A stretch of DNA of 64,000 bases from positions 28,257 to 92,256 of the forward strand of contig DASZUS010000008.1 in assembly GCA_035547515.1 (NCBI GenBank), read 5' to 3'. The position numbers and the translations under genes were made by a program. The notes under the pieces were generated by a model. It worked only from the letters and a program-made list of their open reading frames with translations. It did not search any database and had not been told where the DNA came from. The stretch's first letter is position 1; every line of letters starts with the position of its first letter. This DNA is from Mycobacteriales bacterium (GTDB lineage Bacteria; Actinomycetota; Actinomycetes; JAFAQI01). Below are positions 53,885 through 62,612 of the stretch, in pieces.

Positions 53885-56257
53885 ATGCGGTTCCGGTTGA
53901 GCAGTTCAAGACTTGTGGCGGTGGGTGCAGCGCTCGCCGTCGCGTCCGGAGGAGGGGTGGCAGCCGCGTCGACGGGAACGTCGGCCGCGAGCGGCTCGAG
54001 CTCCTTGCTTCCGACGATCACCCGCACCGTCGACACGATCAAAGCCGCGGGCAAAACGGTGGTCGGCAGCGTCAACTACACGGTCAACGAGCCGACCGAG
54101 TCGCGCGCGAGCGCGACCGACACCTACGGCAACCCGCTCGAGGGCCTCTCGCTCAAGGGCCTGCCGAGCCTGCCGGGCGTGGGGGAGGGCCTCCCGTTCG
54201 AGACCGGCAACAACCCGGGGCTGGACAACGAGCCGTCGAGTGAGAACACCGGCAAGTGCCCGCCGCCCGGCAACGGTCACGAGTACCTCATCGTGTGGGC
54301 CGGCAAGATGAACGCCGCCGACCTCACCGGTACCGACATCCTCGACCTGATCAACGGCGGTGCGGTCAACCCCGAGGGTCTGGCCTCCCAGATCCCGATC
54401 GAGTTCCTCGAGACCGGGTCGGACATGATGGCCACGATCGACGCCGAGCCGGGTTGCGCGACGTACGGCAAGGTCGTCAACGTCTCAGTCGTCAGCGGCC
54501 CGGATGGCGTGGAGAACGAGCCGCATCACATGCAGTACACGTGGTACCCCGGCCAGACGGTCTGGGCGGGCGGCCTGTTCACCTCGCGGCTGTTCACCTA
54601 CGACTTGTCCGACCTGCCGCAGGTCAAGCTGACCCGGATCGACGAGCCGTGGTCGACGCCCAGCGGCAGCATCTGGGACGCGTTCGCGACGCTCCCCAAC
54701 GGAGACGCGTACGGCACGCTCATGGGCGGTCCGCTCTACGCCTACGGCACCACGCCGGGCGCGGTCGTCGAGATCGCCGGCAACAACCACCCCGGCGCGC
54801 AGCCCGGCCAGATCCTCGGCGAGTGGCCGGCGTCCGGGTCGGAGGACCTGCTGAACTCGGCGAACACCAACGGCAGCGTGGGCGGCGCTCTCCTGTCGTC
54901 GGTCGGCTCGACGCTGGGGAGCCTGCCTGGTCTGGTGAGCAAGGGCAACGACGACGCGGGCATCAGCACGGCGAACGGTCACATCAAGTGCCCGGACTTC
55001 GGCAGCTGCGCCAACCCGCACGGCATCCAGATCCGAGCCGACCTCCACACGATGGTGACCTCGGACTACGCCGAGCCCGCCCAGATCATCGAGGACCCGG
55101 TCAAGCCGACCAACCCGTACTACTTCCGTCGTACGGTGCGCATCTGGAGCTTCGACGACAAGGGCTGCTCCGGCAACCCGACGCCGGGCGCCACGATCAA
55201 CAACCCGAAGATCTGCGCCATCGACGTGATGCCGCTCGGGCCGCGTGACGACTCGAACCCGGCCCACGGCGAGAACCTCGGGATCATGGAGAACGGCGCG
55301 ACCTGGGACTACCCGCTGCCTGACGGCAACGTGCCCAAGGGCTGGTTCTCCGAGTCGATGTGCGGTGGCGCGGTCTTCTACACGCCGGACATCACCGACA
55401 CCAAGGACCACCCGTGGCACGAGGTCTTCGACTCGACCGCGGCGGTGGCCGCACTGAAGTCCAATGGCGCAGGCAGGGTGCCCGGCGGTGGCGACCTGAA
55501 GAACGAACCGGCCGGCTGCGACGGCGCGGCGTGGGACGTCGTGAGCCCTGACAACCGGTTCCTCGGTCACGCGGTCAGCGGGCGCTACATCCTGCAGGAC
55601 GACTACGACGACGCCGGTACGCCGAAGATGGTCTACACCCTGAGCATCACCAAGCTGCTCGAGGCCGGCGACCACTACAAGTGCAACCTCGCGAACAACA
55701 TCCGCGCGCTCGCCGACCCGACGCTGGGCGGCAAGGACTGCCCGACGGTGGCCGGTGTGGTCCCGATCAACGACCCGACCTCGGGTGGCCCGCACTGGGC
55801 GGAGTTCGACAACTTCCGCCTGGCCGCGGTCAAGATCAAGGACCCGAAGACCGGCAAGACGGTGATCGACTACCACGCCCCGACCCGGATCGCGGAGGCG
55901 AACTACTTCGTCGCCCGGACCGGCGTCGACGGCAACCACACCGTCTGCATGATCAACATGAACCCGACCACGGGCTCGCTCTCGCTCGACACCAGCTTCA
56001 TCGACGAGACCGAAGGCACGCCCTGCGTCCAGTTCAACCGACGGGACTGGCCGGACCCGAACATCAAGGGGTTCTACAAGCCGCACTCGATGCTGTTCGT
56101 CGAGAACGACCCGCCGGCAACCGGTCTGACCCCGTACGGGCACAACTACGGCCCGAACTGCGAGTTCGGCAAGGTCGTGGACGGTCAGTGCCGCGGCTAC
56201 TGGGGCGAGCCGATCGACATGGGCGCTGATACCGCCGGCTTGAAGTACGAAGAGTGA
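53885..56257 (+). CDS. large secreted SBP56 (selenium-binding protein / methanethiol oxidase)-like protein, 790 aa
   Basis: Signal peptide [21 protein letters not shown]. The motif order is collinear with SELENBP1 as recalled from memory. [17 protein letters not shown] matches CGPGY..[29 protein letters not shown]...ENEPHHMQY matches [20 protein letters not shown]...[31 protein letters not shown] matches [45 protein letters not shown] matches [23 protein letters not shown]. The family assignment is not verified by any search. Confidence 0.55.
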   Translation: [790 protein letters not shown]

Positions 56258-59013
56258 GCGGCCGCCGCTGGCCGCGCCGGGGCAGGAACCTGCTCCGGCG
56301 CGGCGGCGGCGTCGCGCTGCTGACCGTCCTCATCGGACTCGTGACGGCAGCTCCCGCCGCCGCCCACCCGTACCTGCTCAGCAGCAACCCGGCGAACGGC
56401 GCCATCCTCGCGTCCGCCCCCGCCACGATCGACATCAGCTACACCGAGGGCCTCGACCGCCCGTACTGCTCGGTGGTGCTGGTCGCCCCAGACGGCACGC
56501 ACGTCGACACGCACCAGGTTGCCGCGTCCGCTCCGACCGAGCTGGCAGTGGCGCCGGACGCGTCCCTGTCCGAGCAGGGCACCTACGCCGTCAACTGGAC
56601 CGCGGTCGGCGACGACGGCCACACGGTCATCGGCAGCTTCGGCTTCAGCGTCGGCCACCCGAGCGCCAACGCGGCAGTCCAATCCGGCGGCACCGCCGTG
56701 TCGGGAACCGGGTCGAGCTCCGGCGGGGCTCGCCGGGTGCTCGGCGCGGTCCTGCCGTTCGCCGTCATCGTCCTCGCGGGACTGGTCCTGCTGTCGCGGA
56801 CCTTGGCCGCCGCCGGGGCCCGCGCGACTCGGCTGATCCGGGTGGCGTTCGCTGCCTCCGGCGCGCTCGAGCTTGCGCTGGCCGGGATCGCGATCTCCGA
56901 CCACGGGCTGTCGGCGTTCGGCTCGTCGGCGACCGGTCGCCGGCTGATCGCCGAGATCGCGTTGACAGCGGCGGCGGGCCTTGCCGGGCTCGCCCGGACC
57001 TCTCGCCGGCGGACCTGGCTCGGCGGGCTCGCCGCACTGGCACTGCTCGTCGTCCTTGCCGACTCCGGCCACGCGGCATCGCAACCGTCGTCGCGACGCG
57101 ACCTCGTCCTCGCCGTGTACTCCCTGCACCTGCTCGCGGTCAGCATCTGGATCGCTGCGATCGCCGCCGTCCTGCTCCGGCTTCGCACGAGGACAGATGA
57201 CGACCTTGCACCCGACCTGCATCGCTCGCTGCGCACCCTTGTCGCCGTGTCGCTTGTTGCGGTGCTCGCGACAGGCGTTGCGACGACGGACTGGGGCCTG
57301 CGCACCCTGAGCGATCTTCCGCACACCACCTATGGCCGGCTGGCGCTGACGCTTGCCGGCCTCTTCGTGGTCATGGTGTGCCTGGGCATTGCGGCGTCGG
57401 CGTCGCGTCGGATGATCGTGGTGGAAGCCGTCGTCGCGGCTGGCGCGCTCGTGGTGGGCGGCGTGATCAGCCAGTCGTCCCTGCCGCTCGACGAGCCCTA
57501 CGCGTCGCAGACATTTGCCGCCTCGACCGGTGTTGCGATGTCCGTGGCACCGGTCGGTGACGACGGCCTGGACATCGCCACGCTGGCGCCGGGCATCGTG
57601 GGCCGCAACACCCTGGTCCTCGAGGTCGGGCACGCCGACGAGGAGGACTTCCTGAGCCCGCAGTCAAGCGTGAGGGCGGTCACCGCGACCGTGTCCTGCG
57701 GCGGCTGCGGAGCGCCGGACCAGCACCTGACGTTGCAGCCGACCGGGGCGGGAGCGGAGTGGACGGCAGACGTCACGTTGCCGCGAGCCGCTTCGTGGCT
57801 GGTCACGGCGGCGGTACGGCGCGCTGGTGCCGCGGCGGAGGTCTCGCGGTTCTCCGAGCGCGTCACGCCCGCGGACCTTCCCGACCAGGTCGTCATCGGC
57901 GTCCCTGCGGCGTTGTCCGGACCTAGCGGATCGACCTGCCGTGACCAGCTGCTCGGGCTCCAGGTCGCGCTGCAGGATCTCAACGCGCAGGCAGCCGACC
58001 ACGGCGACCTCATGCGCGTCGTCGCAGTGGACCTGCACGACGGCGTCACGCAAGCGATGGCACGGCTGCACTCCCTCGGTGCGCGGCTGATCGCCATGCC
58101 GTGCGGCACCGCGGACCAGGTCGACCGAGCCACCTCCCTGGCCCGCGCCGCCGGGCTGCCGGTGGTGGCGGGGGAGGGCTCGGTGACCGACCGGCAGGCC
58201 GGGGTCTGGTCGACCCAGCCGTCGTGGCAGGCCGAAGGCGCCGCGATCGCCAACCAGGCGCTGCGCCAGGACGCTAAGAGCGTCGTCGCCGTTGCGGGGA
58301 CGACCGCGGTGGACCAGGCCGAGCTCGCCGGGTTGCGGCAAGGTCTCGCCGGGCATGCGGTGGCGCTGCGCGTGACGGGCTTTCCGGCGAGGCCGCGGAG
58401 CTTCGTCGGCGGTCTCTACCGTGCCGACACCGACGTGGTCGTGCTGCTCGGCGACCGCACGGAGGCCGATCCCACAGTGCACTCGTTCTCCGCCGTGAAC
58501 GCGGACACCGGATGGGCGCCGACGCACGGCATCCTTGCGTCGGCCCAGCTGATGAGCACGGACTTCATCAACGGCGCCGGCAACATCACCCGGGTCGGGG
58601 GGATCGAGTTCGCGAGCGACATCAACCCGTTCGACCCGATCGCCCAGTACTACGCCAGCCGGCTGCGCGCGCTCGCCCCCGGCGTACGCCCGACCTTCGA
58701 TGGCGTGCACGGTTACGACGCCGGTCTGCTGGTGGCGGAGGCGTTGCGTGACGGCGGCGGCCGGCCGTCGCCGTCGTCGCTCGCGAAGCTGCTCGGCTCG
58801 CACTTCACCGACTTCACGGTCGGCAGCTACCAACTCGACTGGCAGCCCGACGGCGGTACGTCGACGTCGCTGGCGTTCTTCCGCTCCACGTACGTCAACC
58901 CGATGGCGATGCCGTCGTTCGCGCCGGGCGGCGCCGCGGCCCTTGCCCACGAAGGAACATTTCTCAATGCCGGCGGCTTCGAACAAGTCGCCCCGTTTAG
59001 GAGGTTGTCGTGA
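56254..59013 (+). CDS. CopC - CopD - (YtkA-like?) - type 1 periplasmic-binding-protein fusion, 919 aa
   Basis: GTGA overlap with the upstream gene. A signal/TM segment is followed by a CopC domain that begins with the predicted mature N-terminal His. The CopC sequence is AAAHPYLLSSNPANGAIL...TIDISYTE...GTYAVNWTAVGDDGHTVIGSFGFSV. About 8 TM helices follow, consistent with CopD. Next is a roughly 120-aa beta-rich region containing SCGGCG. The C-terminal ~330 aa resemble LivJ-type PBP1 (VVIGVPAALSGPSG...AMPCGTAD...VVAVAGTTAVDQAE...FDGVHGYDAGLLVAEAL). Confidence 0.65.
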   Translation: MSGRRWPRRGRNLLRRGGGVALLTVLIGLVTAAPAAAHPYLLSSNPANGAILASAPATIDISYTEGLDRPYCSVVLVAPDGTHVDTHQVAASAPTELAVAPDASLSEQGTYAVNWTAVGDDGHTVIGSFGFSVGHPSANAAVQSGGTAVSGTGSSSGGARRVLGAVLPFAVIVLAGLVLLSRTLAAAGARATRLIRVAFAASGALELALAGIAISDHGLSAFGSSATGRRLIAEIALTAAAGLAGLARTSRRRTWLGGLAALALLVVLADSGHAASQPSSRRDLVLAVYSLHLLAVSIWIAAIAAVLLRLRTRTDDDLAPDLHRSLRTLVAVSLVAVLATGVATTDWGLRTLSDLPHTTYGRLALTLAGLFVVMVCLGIAASASRRMIVVEAVVAAGALVVGGVISQSSLPLDEPYASQTFAASTGVAMSVAPVGDDGLDIATLAPGIVGRNTLVLEVGHADEEDFLSPQSSVRAVTATVSCGGCGAPDQHLTLQPTGAGAEWTADVTLPRAASWLVTAAVRRAGAAAEVSRFSERVTPADLPDQVVIGVPAALSGPSGSTCRDQLLGLQVALQDLNAQAADHGDLMRVVAVDLHDGVTQAMARLHSLGARLIAMPCGTADQVDRATSLARAAGLPVVAGEGSVTDRQAGVWSTQPSWQAEGAAIANQALRQDAKSVVAVAGTTAVDQAELAGLRQGLAGHAVALRVTGFPARPRSFVGGLYRADTDVVVLLGDRTEADPTVHSFSAVNADTGWAPTHGILASAQLMSTDFINGAGNITRVGGIEFASDINPFDPIAQYYASRLRALAPGVRPTFDGVHGYDAGLLVAEALRDGGGRPSPSSLAKLLGSHFTDFTVGSYQLDWQPDGGTSTSLAFFRSTYVNPMAMPSFAPGGAAALAHEGTFLNAGGFEQVAPFRRLS

Positions 59014-59651
59014 AGCTCGCTCAGCTCGGCGGTGTCGCCGCGGGAGCGACAGCGGTTCTGCTGGTCTCCGGGTGCGGCGGCGGTTCGACCCCAAGCCCGT
59101 CGTCGCACCCGGTCACGGCGAGGCCCGCCGCGGCAGTGGCGCCGGTGACGACCGGCTGCACCGGGGCGATGCTGCCGAAGGGCTTCACGGTCGACGCCGC
59201 GCACACCGGCAAGCTCACGGCACACAACTACAGCGCGACGGCCGATGTGCAGGCGGCGCTGGAGTACGACCAGATGACCGACGGCGGCCGCGACGTATGG
59301 CTGAAGCGAGCGAAGTCGGGACGGATCACTCAGGTGGCCAGCTGCATCGCGATGCCGTTCCCGTCGGCGCACATCGCCAACCGGTTCTTCATGTCCTACC
59401 GGCAGCTGCGCACGGACGCGGGATCCATCGTGCATCGCATCGCGCTGCCGAAGCCGGTCGCCGGTCTGGCGGGCGTCACGGCGTACCTCGAGACGCAGCA
59501 GTCGTTCCGCGGGTACCACATCGCCTCGACGAACGTGATCGAGGCGGCGGGCCGGGACGGCTCACGGCTCGACATCGTGTCGGTAGCGGGCTCCTCGCCG
59601 TCAGCCGCGCTCGCGCAACGGCTGCTGGCCGCGATGGCGGGTGCCGCATGA
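59010..59651 (+). CDS. lipoprotein, hypothetical (213 aa)
   Basis: Lipobox AVLLVSGCGG. GTGA overlap with the upstream gene. No domain recognised. Confidence 0.55.
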   Translation: MKLAQLGGVAAGATAVLLVSGCGGGSTPSPSSHPVTARPAAAVAPVTTGCTGAMLPKGFTVDAAHTGKLTAHNYSATADVQAALEYDQMTDGGRDVWLKRAKSGRITQVASCIAMPFPSAHIANRFFMSYRQLRTDAGSIVHRIALPKPVAGLAGVTAYLETQQSFRGYHIASTNVIEAAGRDGSRLDIVSVAGSSPSAALAQRLLAAMAGAA

Positions 59652-60298
59652 GCGCGCGTCGCAGCGCTGTGGCCCTCGCCCTGGCAGCGCTCGGCTTCGC
59701 CGTGGCGGGCTGCAGCAGTGGCTCCTCGCCGTCCGCGAGCCCCTCCAGTCCGGCTGTCGCGTCGAGCCCGTCGACCGTGCAGACGGTCCCGCCCGGACCC
59801 GTCGTACCGAGCTCGCCTTCGCTGTCGCTGGCCGACATCGCCGATCCTGGGCTCGCATCCCACATCGGCGACGGCAAGCTGACCGTCGCCCAGGTCAGGC
59901 AGCTCATGCAGTTCTTCGAGAACAAGGTCAGCGCCGCGTATGCCCACGGCGACGCGGACGCCCTCGACCACTACCTCGCGGGGCCGATGCTGTCGGGCAA
60001 CCGGGCAACGATCAACCTGCTCAACAGCCAGAACAAGCTCAACGTCTACCGGATCAGGGTTGGCAAGGTGACGATCGAGACGAACGAGAAGACCAGCGTG
60101 ATCTTCGACATGACCGGCGACATGGTTCTCGACTACTTCCTCGACTCGAAGACGCACAAGGTCCTCGAGCACGGATTGCCCGGGCCGAGCCAGGTGCAGT
60201 TCGCGGTGTTCTTCAACGAGAACCCGAAGAACCACACGTGGTACTGGACCGGTGAGAAGTCCGAGACCGCTAGCGACTCGTCGGGGGCAGGCCAGTGA
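59648..60298 (+). CDS. lipoprotein, hypothetical, possibly NTF2-like fold (216 aa)
   Basis: Lipobox LGFAVAGCSS, then a Ser/Pro linker, then a ~140-aa domain (VAQVRQLMQFFENKVSAAYAHGDADALDHYL...VIFDM.GDMVLDYF). ATGA overlap with the upstream gene. Confidence 0.55.
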   Translation: MSARRSAVALALAALGFAVAGCSSGSSPSASPSSPAVASSPSTVQTVPPGPVVPSSPSLSLADIADPGLASHIGDGKLTVAQVRQLMQFFENKVSAAYAHGDADALDHYLAGPMLSGNRATINLLNSQNKLNVYRIRVGKVTIETNEKTSVIFDMTGDMVLDYFLDSKTHKVLEHGLPGPSQVQFAVFFNENPKNHTWYWTGEKSETASDSSGAGQ

Positions 60299-61296
60299 GG
60301 CGGGCGAGGCTCGCGGCCGCTCTCGCCGGTCTGGTGGCGGCGGCGGTCGCGGCGCCGGCCGCCGCCGCGTCCGCTGGGGCGCGCTCTGCCGGGCACCCCG
60401 GGATCCTGCGGTTGTCCGGCGTGCTGCGGCTGGCGAGCGGGAGCTGCGCCGGCGGAACGCCCAGCGGGAGCTATCTGTCCGTCACGTTCGGAACGCGCGC
60501 GATCGACAACCCGGCGTCGGACTGCGAAGGCGGCGCGGTGACGCTGCTCTCGCCAGGACGTGAGGGCCTATCGACGACGTCGTTCTCCCCGGCTTCGGAG
60601 GACGGATTCGACGGTCGCGGCAATGCCGTGGCCCAGTCGATCACCCGCCCGGTCGCCTTCGGCAAGCACCTGCTCGGCCTCGTCAGCTCGGCCCAGGACT
60701 TGCAGGACGCGCCAACCGGGCCTGGCTTGTTCTCGCTGCCGCACATCTACGTGACAGGGGACAAGGTCCTGGCCGACGTCCGGTCGGTGCAGGTGCTCTA
60801 CGGCGGGCAGGCCGACACCACCTGTGCGTCCGGAGCCGGAGCCGGGTGCTGGCTGATCGGCGCGGAGCGAGCCACGGGGACCTACGACGCGGCGACCCGC
60901 CACATCACGCTGTCGTGGTTTTCCGGGCAGTCGTTCGTGCCGCAGTCGGCGGGGACCGCAGTGCATCTGTCCGGCACCTTCGTGGGAGCCGAGCCGAAGC
61001 CCGTGAGCACGCACGGCGTGGTCGAGCTCGGCACGTCGAGCTTCAGCGCCGCTTCGCCGCCACCCGCAGTCGTCGCCGCGATCCGGCACAGCTCGCCACC
61101 TCCCGCTCGGGCGGCGAAGCGCCGCGCGGTGGCAGCTTCCGGCCCGGCCTCCGAGCGGTCGGCGCTCACCGGCGGGGAGGACTCGCCGCTGTGGCGCGTG
61201 CTCGGTTCGCCATTGGCGCTCGCCGTCGCGACGTTGCTGATCGGGGTCGACGGGCTGCTGCTGGCCGGCGCAGTGGGGCGAAGGCGGACGCGGTGA
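60295..61296 (+). CDS. secreted protein of uncharacterised paralog family (member 1) with C-terminal TM anchor (333 aa)
   Basis: Signal peptide (LAGLVAAAVAAPAAAAS). The ~200-aa core is shared with the 61293-62006 and 62613-63326 products: GTPSGSYLSV, FDGRGN, ATGTYDAATRHITLSWFSG, HLSGTF. An Ala/Pro-rich linker follows, then LALAVATLLIGVDGLLLAGAVGRRRTR. GTGA overlap with the upstream gene. Confidence 0.6.
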   Translation: MRRARLAAALAGLVAAAVAAPAAAASAGARSAGHPGILRLSGVLRLASGSCAGGTPSGSYLSVTFGTRAIDNPASDCEGGAVTLLSPGREGLSTTSFSPASEDGFDGRGNAVAQSITRPVAFGKHLLGLVSSAQDLQDAPTGPGLFSLPHIYVTGDKVLADVRSVQVLYGGQADTTCASGAGAGCWLIGAERATGTYDAATRHITLSWFSGQSFVPQSAGTAVHLSGTFVGAEPKPVSTHGVVELGTSSFSAASPPPAVVAAIRHSSPPPARAAKRRAVAASGPASERSALTGGEDSPLWRVLGSPLALAVATLLIGVDGLLLAGAVGRRRTR

Positions 61297-62006
61297 TCGC
61301 CCACCGTGGCCGCCGGGCACTGGCCGCCCTGACGGCGGGCGCTGCGCTCGTCCTCGCGGCGGGCTGCAGCGGCACGCACCAGACCACGCCGGACGCGACG
61401 CACCTCGACGGGCTGTTCCGCATCGCTCCCGGCGCCTGCCCGGCGGCCTCCGGCCTGCCTACCGGCAGCTACCTCGTCGTGCTCTCGGCCGCGTCGGGCG
61501 GCACCGTCGGCAACCCGCACGGCGGGTGCAAGAACCCGGCGTACACCCTGCTCGACCCTGGCACCGACGGCGGGCTGGTGACCGGAGAGTTCCAGCAGGT
61601 CTCGGGACCGACGTTCGACCGCCACGGCAACTCGCGCGACGGGCGGATCATCGCGCCGGTGCGCTTCGGCAAGCTCGACGTCGGCTTCGGCACGAGCTCG
61701 CGGGACGAGCAGGACGCGCCTGCCGGAGCGCCCGCCTTCCCGGTCCCGTCCGCAATCGTCCGGGGCAGCGCGCTGTCGGTGGACCTGCGCTCGTTGGTGG
61801 TGAGCTACGCGGGCGACGCGGACACGAGCTGCAAGACGACGTACGGCGTCGGCTGCTGGGAGCTCGGCTCGGAGAACGCCACTGGCACCTACGACGCAGC
61901 GACCGGCCACTACAGCATCCAGTGGTTCTCCGGTGCGTCGTTCACGCCGAAGGGCGACTCGATCGAGGTCCATCTCGAAGGCACGTTCGTCCCGTCCTCC
62001 TCGTGA
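61293..62006 (+). CDS. lipoprotein of the same uncharacterised paralog family (member 2, 237 aa)
   Basis: Lipobox ALVLAAGCSG. Core motifs: GLPTGSYLVV, LDPGTDGGLVTGEFQ, FDRHGNS, ATGTYDAATGHYSIQWFSG, HLEGTFVPSS at the end. GTGA overlap with the upstream gene. Confidence 0.6.
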   Translation: MIAHRGRRALAALTAGAALVLAAGCSGTHQTTPDATHLDGLFRIAPGACPAASGLPTGSYLVVLSAASGGTVGNPHGGCKNPAYTLLDPGTDGGLVTGEFQQVSGPTFDRHGNSRDGRIIAPVRFGKLDVGFGTSSRDEQDAPAGAPAFPVPSAIVRGSALSVDLRSLVVSYAGDADTSCKTTYGVGCWELGSENATGTYDAATGHYSIQWFSGASFTPKGDSIEVHLEGTFVPSSS

Positions 62007-62599
62007 GCCGGCGAGCGTCGCTGGCCATCGGCACCGCGATCCTCGTGGTGCTCGGCTGCGGAGCGGGCGTTGCGGCTGGCCGGGGTGGTGGGGACGCGTC
62101 GGCCAGCGCGGACCTGATCGCGCCGTTGTCGACGGCCGACCGGTCGGCGCTTGCCGCTGATCACCAGCTGGTCGAGAGCCTGCCGGGCGCCCTTGCCGAG
62201 GTGCCCCGCGCCGCGGCGGATGCGGCACGCGTCGACGCCGCGACGGCGAGGTCGGAGCTCGCCGGCAATGCCGCGCTGCACGACCTTGCTGAGGCCGCCG
62301 AAGGGCGCTCGGCGGCCGTGTCGCTGCTGGTCTCGGACTACCGGGAGCTGCTCGCCGGCCGCCCGTTGCACGACGTCGCCGCGATGCCGCAGGCGTTGGC
62401 ATCGCTGCAGGCAATTGAGGGCGACATCGTGCCGGCGGTGCGGGTGGTCGCCTTCACACACGGCCGGCGGCTGACGGCCACAGCGGCGTACGAGGCGGTC
62501 GCGGGCGACCACCGGGCGCCGGAGCTTGCCCGGCTGCTGGCCGACTGGTCGCAGGCCTACGGCGTGCTTGTGCTGATGGAGCAGAAGGCGCTCGGCTGA
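62003..62599 (+). CDS. lipoprotein, Ala-rich helical, hypothetical (198 aa)
   Basis: Lipobox-like AILVVLGCGA. GTGA overlap with the upstream gene. It is the last gene of the + strand operon. Confidence 0.5.
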   Translation: MSRRASLAIGTAILVVLGCGAGVAAGRGGGDASASADLIAPLSTADRSALAADHQLVESLPGALAEVPRAAADAARVDAATARSELAGNAALHDLAEAAEGRSAAVSLLVSDYRELLAGRPLHDVAAMPQALASLQAIEGDIVPAVRVVAFTHGRRLTATAAYEAVAGDHRAPELARLLADWSQAYGVLVLMEQKALG

Positions 62600-62612
62600 G
62601 CCGGGATCGCTG

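Noticed and set aside
61150-61296. Possible sortase signal (ALTGG) in the C-terminus of paralog 1
   Set aside because: It does not match LPXTG or LAXTG. The other two proteins with the same tail architecture have nothing similar.
54485-62414. Antisense or alternative-frame ORFs across the secreted operon (54485-56143, 56197-57633, 57664-59094, 60882-62414, 60568-61320)
   Set aside because: Same shadow-ORF composition. The + strand frames give signal peptides, lipoboxes, CopC motifs and mutually similar paralogs, which an artefact would not.
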